This document shows, one piece after another, positions 34,221 through 36,215 of a stretch of DNA of 36,215 bases (the stretch's first letter is position 1; each line of letters opens with the position of its first letter). The translations under genes and the position numbers were made by a program. The stretch comes from Chiloscyllium plagiosum (Eukaryota), in NCBI RefSeq assembly GCF_004010195.1, contig NC_057719.1, forward strand, positions 30,375,853-30,412,067, given 5' to 3'. Under the pieces are notes generated by a model that ran no database searches, was not told the DNA's origin, and saw only the letters and a program-made list of their open reading frames with translations.

Positions 34221-35600
34221 TTGAGAAGAATTGTAGCTCTAGTTGAGGTTCTGGATGTAGGTTTGCTTGCTGAGCTGGAAGGTTCAGTTTCAGATGCTTT
34301 GTTACCATACTAGGTAACGTCAGTAAGCCTCCGGATGAAGCACTGGTGGTATGGCCTGCTTTTTATTCATGCGTTTAGGTTTCCTTAAGTTGGTGACGTT
34401 ACTTCCTGTTCTTTTTCTCAGGGGTGGTAAATGGGATCCAAGTCAATGTGTTTGTTGATAAGAGTTCCGGTTGGAGTGCCATGCTTCTAGGAATTCTCGT
34501 GCCTATCTTGGTTTGGCTTGTCCAAGGATGCATGCATTGTCCCAGTCAAAGTGGTGCCCTTCCTCATCCATATGTAAGGATACTAGTGAGAGTGGGTCAT
34601 GTCTTATTGTGTCTAGTTGATGTTCATATATCCAGGTAGCTAGTTTTCTGCCTGTTTATCCAACGTAATGTTTGTTACAGTTCTTGCAAGGTATTTTGTA
34701 AATGATATTAGTTTTGCTTGTTGTCTGTATAGGGTCTTTCAAGTTCATTAGCTGCTGTTTTAGCATGTTGGTGGGTTTGTGGGCTACCACGATGCCAAGA
34801 GGTCTGGCAGTCATTTCAGAAATCTGTGGTGTAGGGGAGAGTTGCTAGGGTTTCTGGATTGTTTTGTCTGCTTGTTTGGGTTTGTTGTTGAGCAATTGGT
34901 GGACTGTATTCATTGGTTACCCGTTCTTTTTGAATACACTGTAAAGGTGATTTTCCTCTGCTTTGCGTAGTTCCTCTGCGCTGCAGTGTGTGGTGACTCA
35001 TTGAAATAATGCTCTAATGTAGCTTCGCTTGTGAATATTGGGATGATTACTTCTGTAATTCAGTATTTGGTCCGTATGTGTTCTTTTCCTGCAGACGCTG
35101 GTTTCAAGTTCCCCATTGGCTGTTTGCTTTACAGCCACATCTAGGAATGGCAGTTTATTGTTGTTTTCCTCTTCTTTAGTAAATTTTATGCCAGTAAGGG
35201 TATTATTAATGGTCTTGAAGGTTTCCTCTAATTTGTTTTGTTTAGTGATGTCACCACATAGCGGACCCAAAGTTTGGGTTGGATGGTTGGCAGACCGGTT
35301 TGTTAGAGTCTCTGCATTACTGCCTCTGCTGAGAGCTCTGATATCAGAGATGTCATGGGTGTTCCGATGGTTGGTCTGTAGGTTTTGTTGTTGAAGGTGA
35401 AGTGAGTGGTAAAAGGCATAGGTCCACTAGCTTGACGAAATTTTCCTTGCTGAAGTAGTTTGGGGTATTTTGTGCATGCGTCTTTGATTCTTCTAAGAGT
35501 GTAGTCAGTGTTTCCTTGGCCAGGTTAATGTTGATGGATATGAACAGAGCTGTTACGTCAAAAGGAGACCATTATTTCATCCTCTTCTATCTTGGTGTCT
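34221..35600 (-). mobile_element. Penelope-like element (Poseidon-type), left arm: RT, GIY-YIG and terminal repeat
   Basis: Minus strand IEEDEIMVSF/DVTALFISIN, LWVRYV.., KFTKEEENNNKLPFLDV, RKRTHTDQILNYRSNHP; GIY-YIG NIIYKIPCKNCNKHYVG*TGRKLATWIYEH...EFLEAWHS; terminal repeat 34221-34400 with a decayed hammerhead-like core. Confidence 0.9.
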
Positions 35601-35619
35601 TTGATTGCCTTCAGAAGTT

Positions 35620-36215
35620 CTTGGGTTGGATGACACCCTTTTCATCACTAAACAAAACAAATTAGAGGAAACCTTCAAGTCTATCAATAATACCCTTACT
35701 GGCATAAAATTCACTAAAGAGGAGGAAAACAACAACAAACTGCCATTCCTAGATGTGGCAGTAAAGCTAACAGCCAATGGGGAACTTGAAACCAGCGTCT
35801 GCAGGAAAAGAACACATACGGACCAAATACTGAATTACAGAAGTAATCATCCCAATATTCACAAGCGAAGCTACATTAGAACATTATTACAATGAGCCAC
35901 CACACACTGCAGCGCAGAGGAACTACGCAAAGCAGAGGAAAATTACCTTTACAGTGTATTCAAAAAGAACGGGTAACCAATGAAAACAGTCCACCAATTG
36001 CTCAGCAACAAACCCAAACAAGCAGACAAAACACATCCAGAAACCCTAGCAACTCTCCCCTACACCACAGATCTTGGAAATGACTGCCAGACCTCTTGGC
36101 ATCATGGTAGCCCACAAACCCACCAACACACTAAAACTAATGAACTATACCTGATGTTACCTAGTATGGGATAATGAATTTGAAAGACCCTATACAGACA
36201 ACAAGCAAAACTAAT
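35620..36215 (+). mobile_element. Penelope-like element, inverted right arm (continues past the window end)
   Basis: 35643-36215 is the reverse complement of ~34706-35250 at high identity; ORF 35605-35895 DDTLFITKQNKLEETFKSINN...LPFLDV...SNHP. Confidence 0.9.

Overview
Vertebrate genomic DNA, most likely a shark or other cartilaginous fish (HE1-type V-SINE, CR1/HER1-like LINEs, abundant Penelope-like elements), with two assembly gaps (5655-6154, exactly 500 N; 12316-13263, 948 N). Three spliced genes are recognisable, mostly missed by the ORF track. They are the last two coding exons of EML5 (+, 614-905), the last three coding exons of ZC3H14 (-, 3876-4394, convergent with EML5) and the last three coding exons of PTPN21 (-, 30220-33589; [11 protein letters not shown] loop). 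The rest is AT-rich UTR/intron/intergenic DNA packed with decayed transposons. A Ty3/Gypsy relic (16501-24490, -; PR-RT-RH-INT, PPT and 3' LTR) carries several layers of nested insertions. There are also multiple CR1 LINEs, pogo/Tigger-like MITEs and at least four Penelope-like (GIY-YIG) families whose terminal repeats carry minimal hammerhead-ribozyme cores and form inverted-repeat insertions with 12-16 bp target-site duplications. Main points of interest: (i) the hammerhead-bearing Penelope system, including ORF-less ~150-200 bp mini-insertions; (ii) a ~570 bp-arm Penelope palindrome in a PTPN21 intron whose arms share disabling mutations; (iii) PTPN21 lies in the opposite orientation to ZC3H14 compared with human and the upstream ZC3H14 exons are missing, which points to a misoriented scaffold join (or a real inversion) at the 500-N gap.
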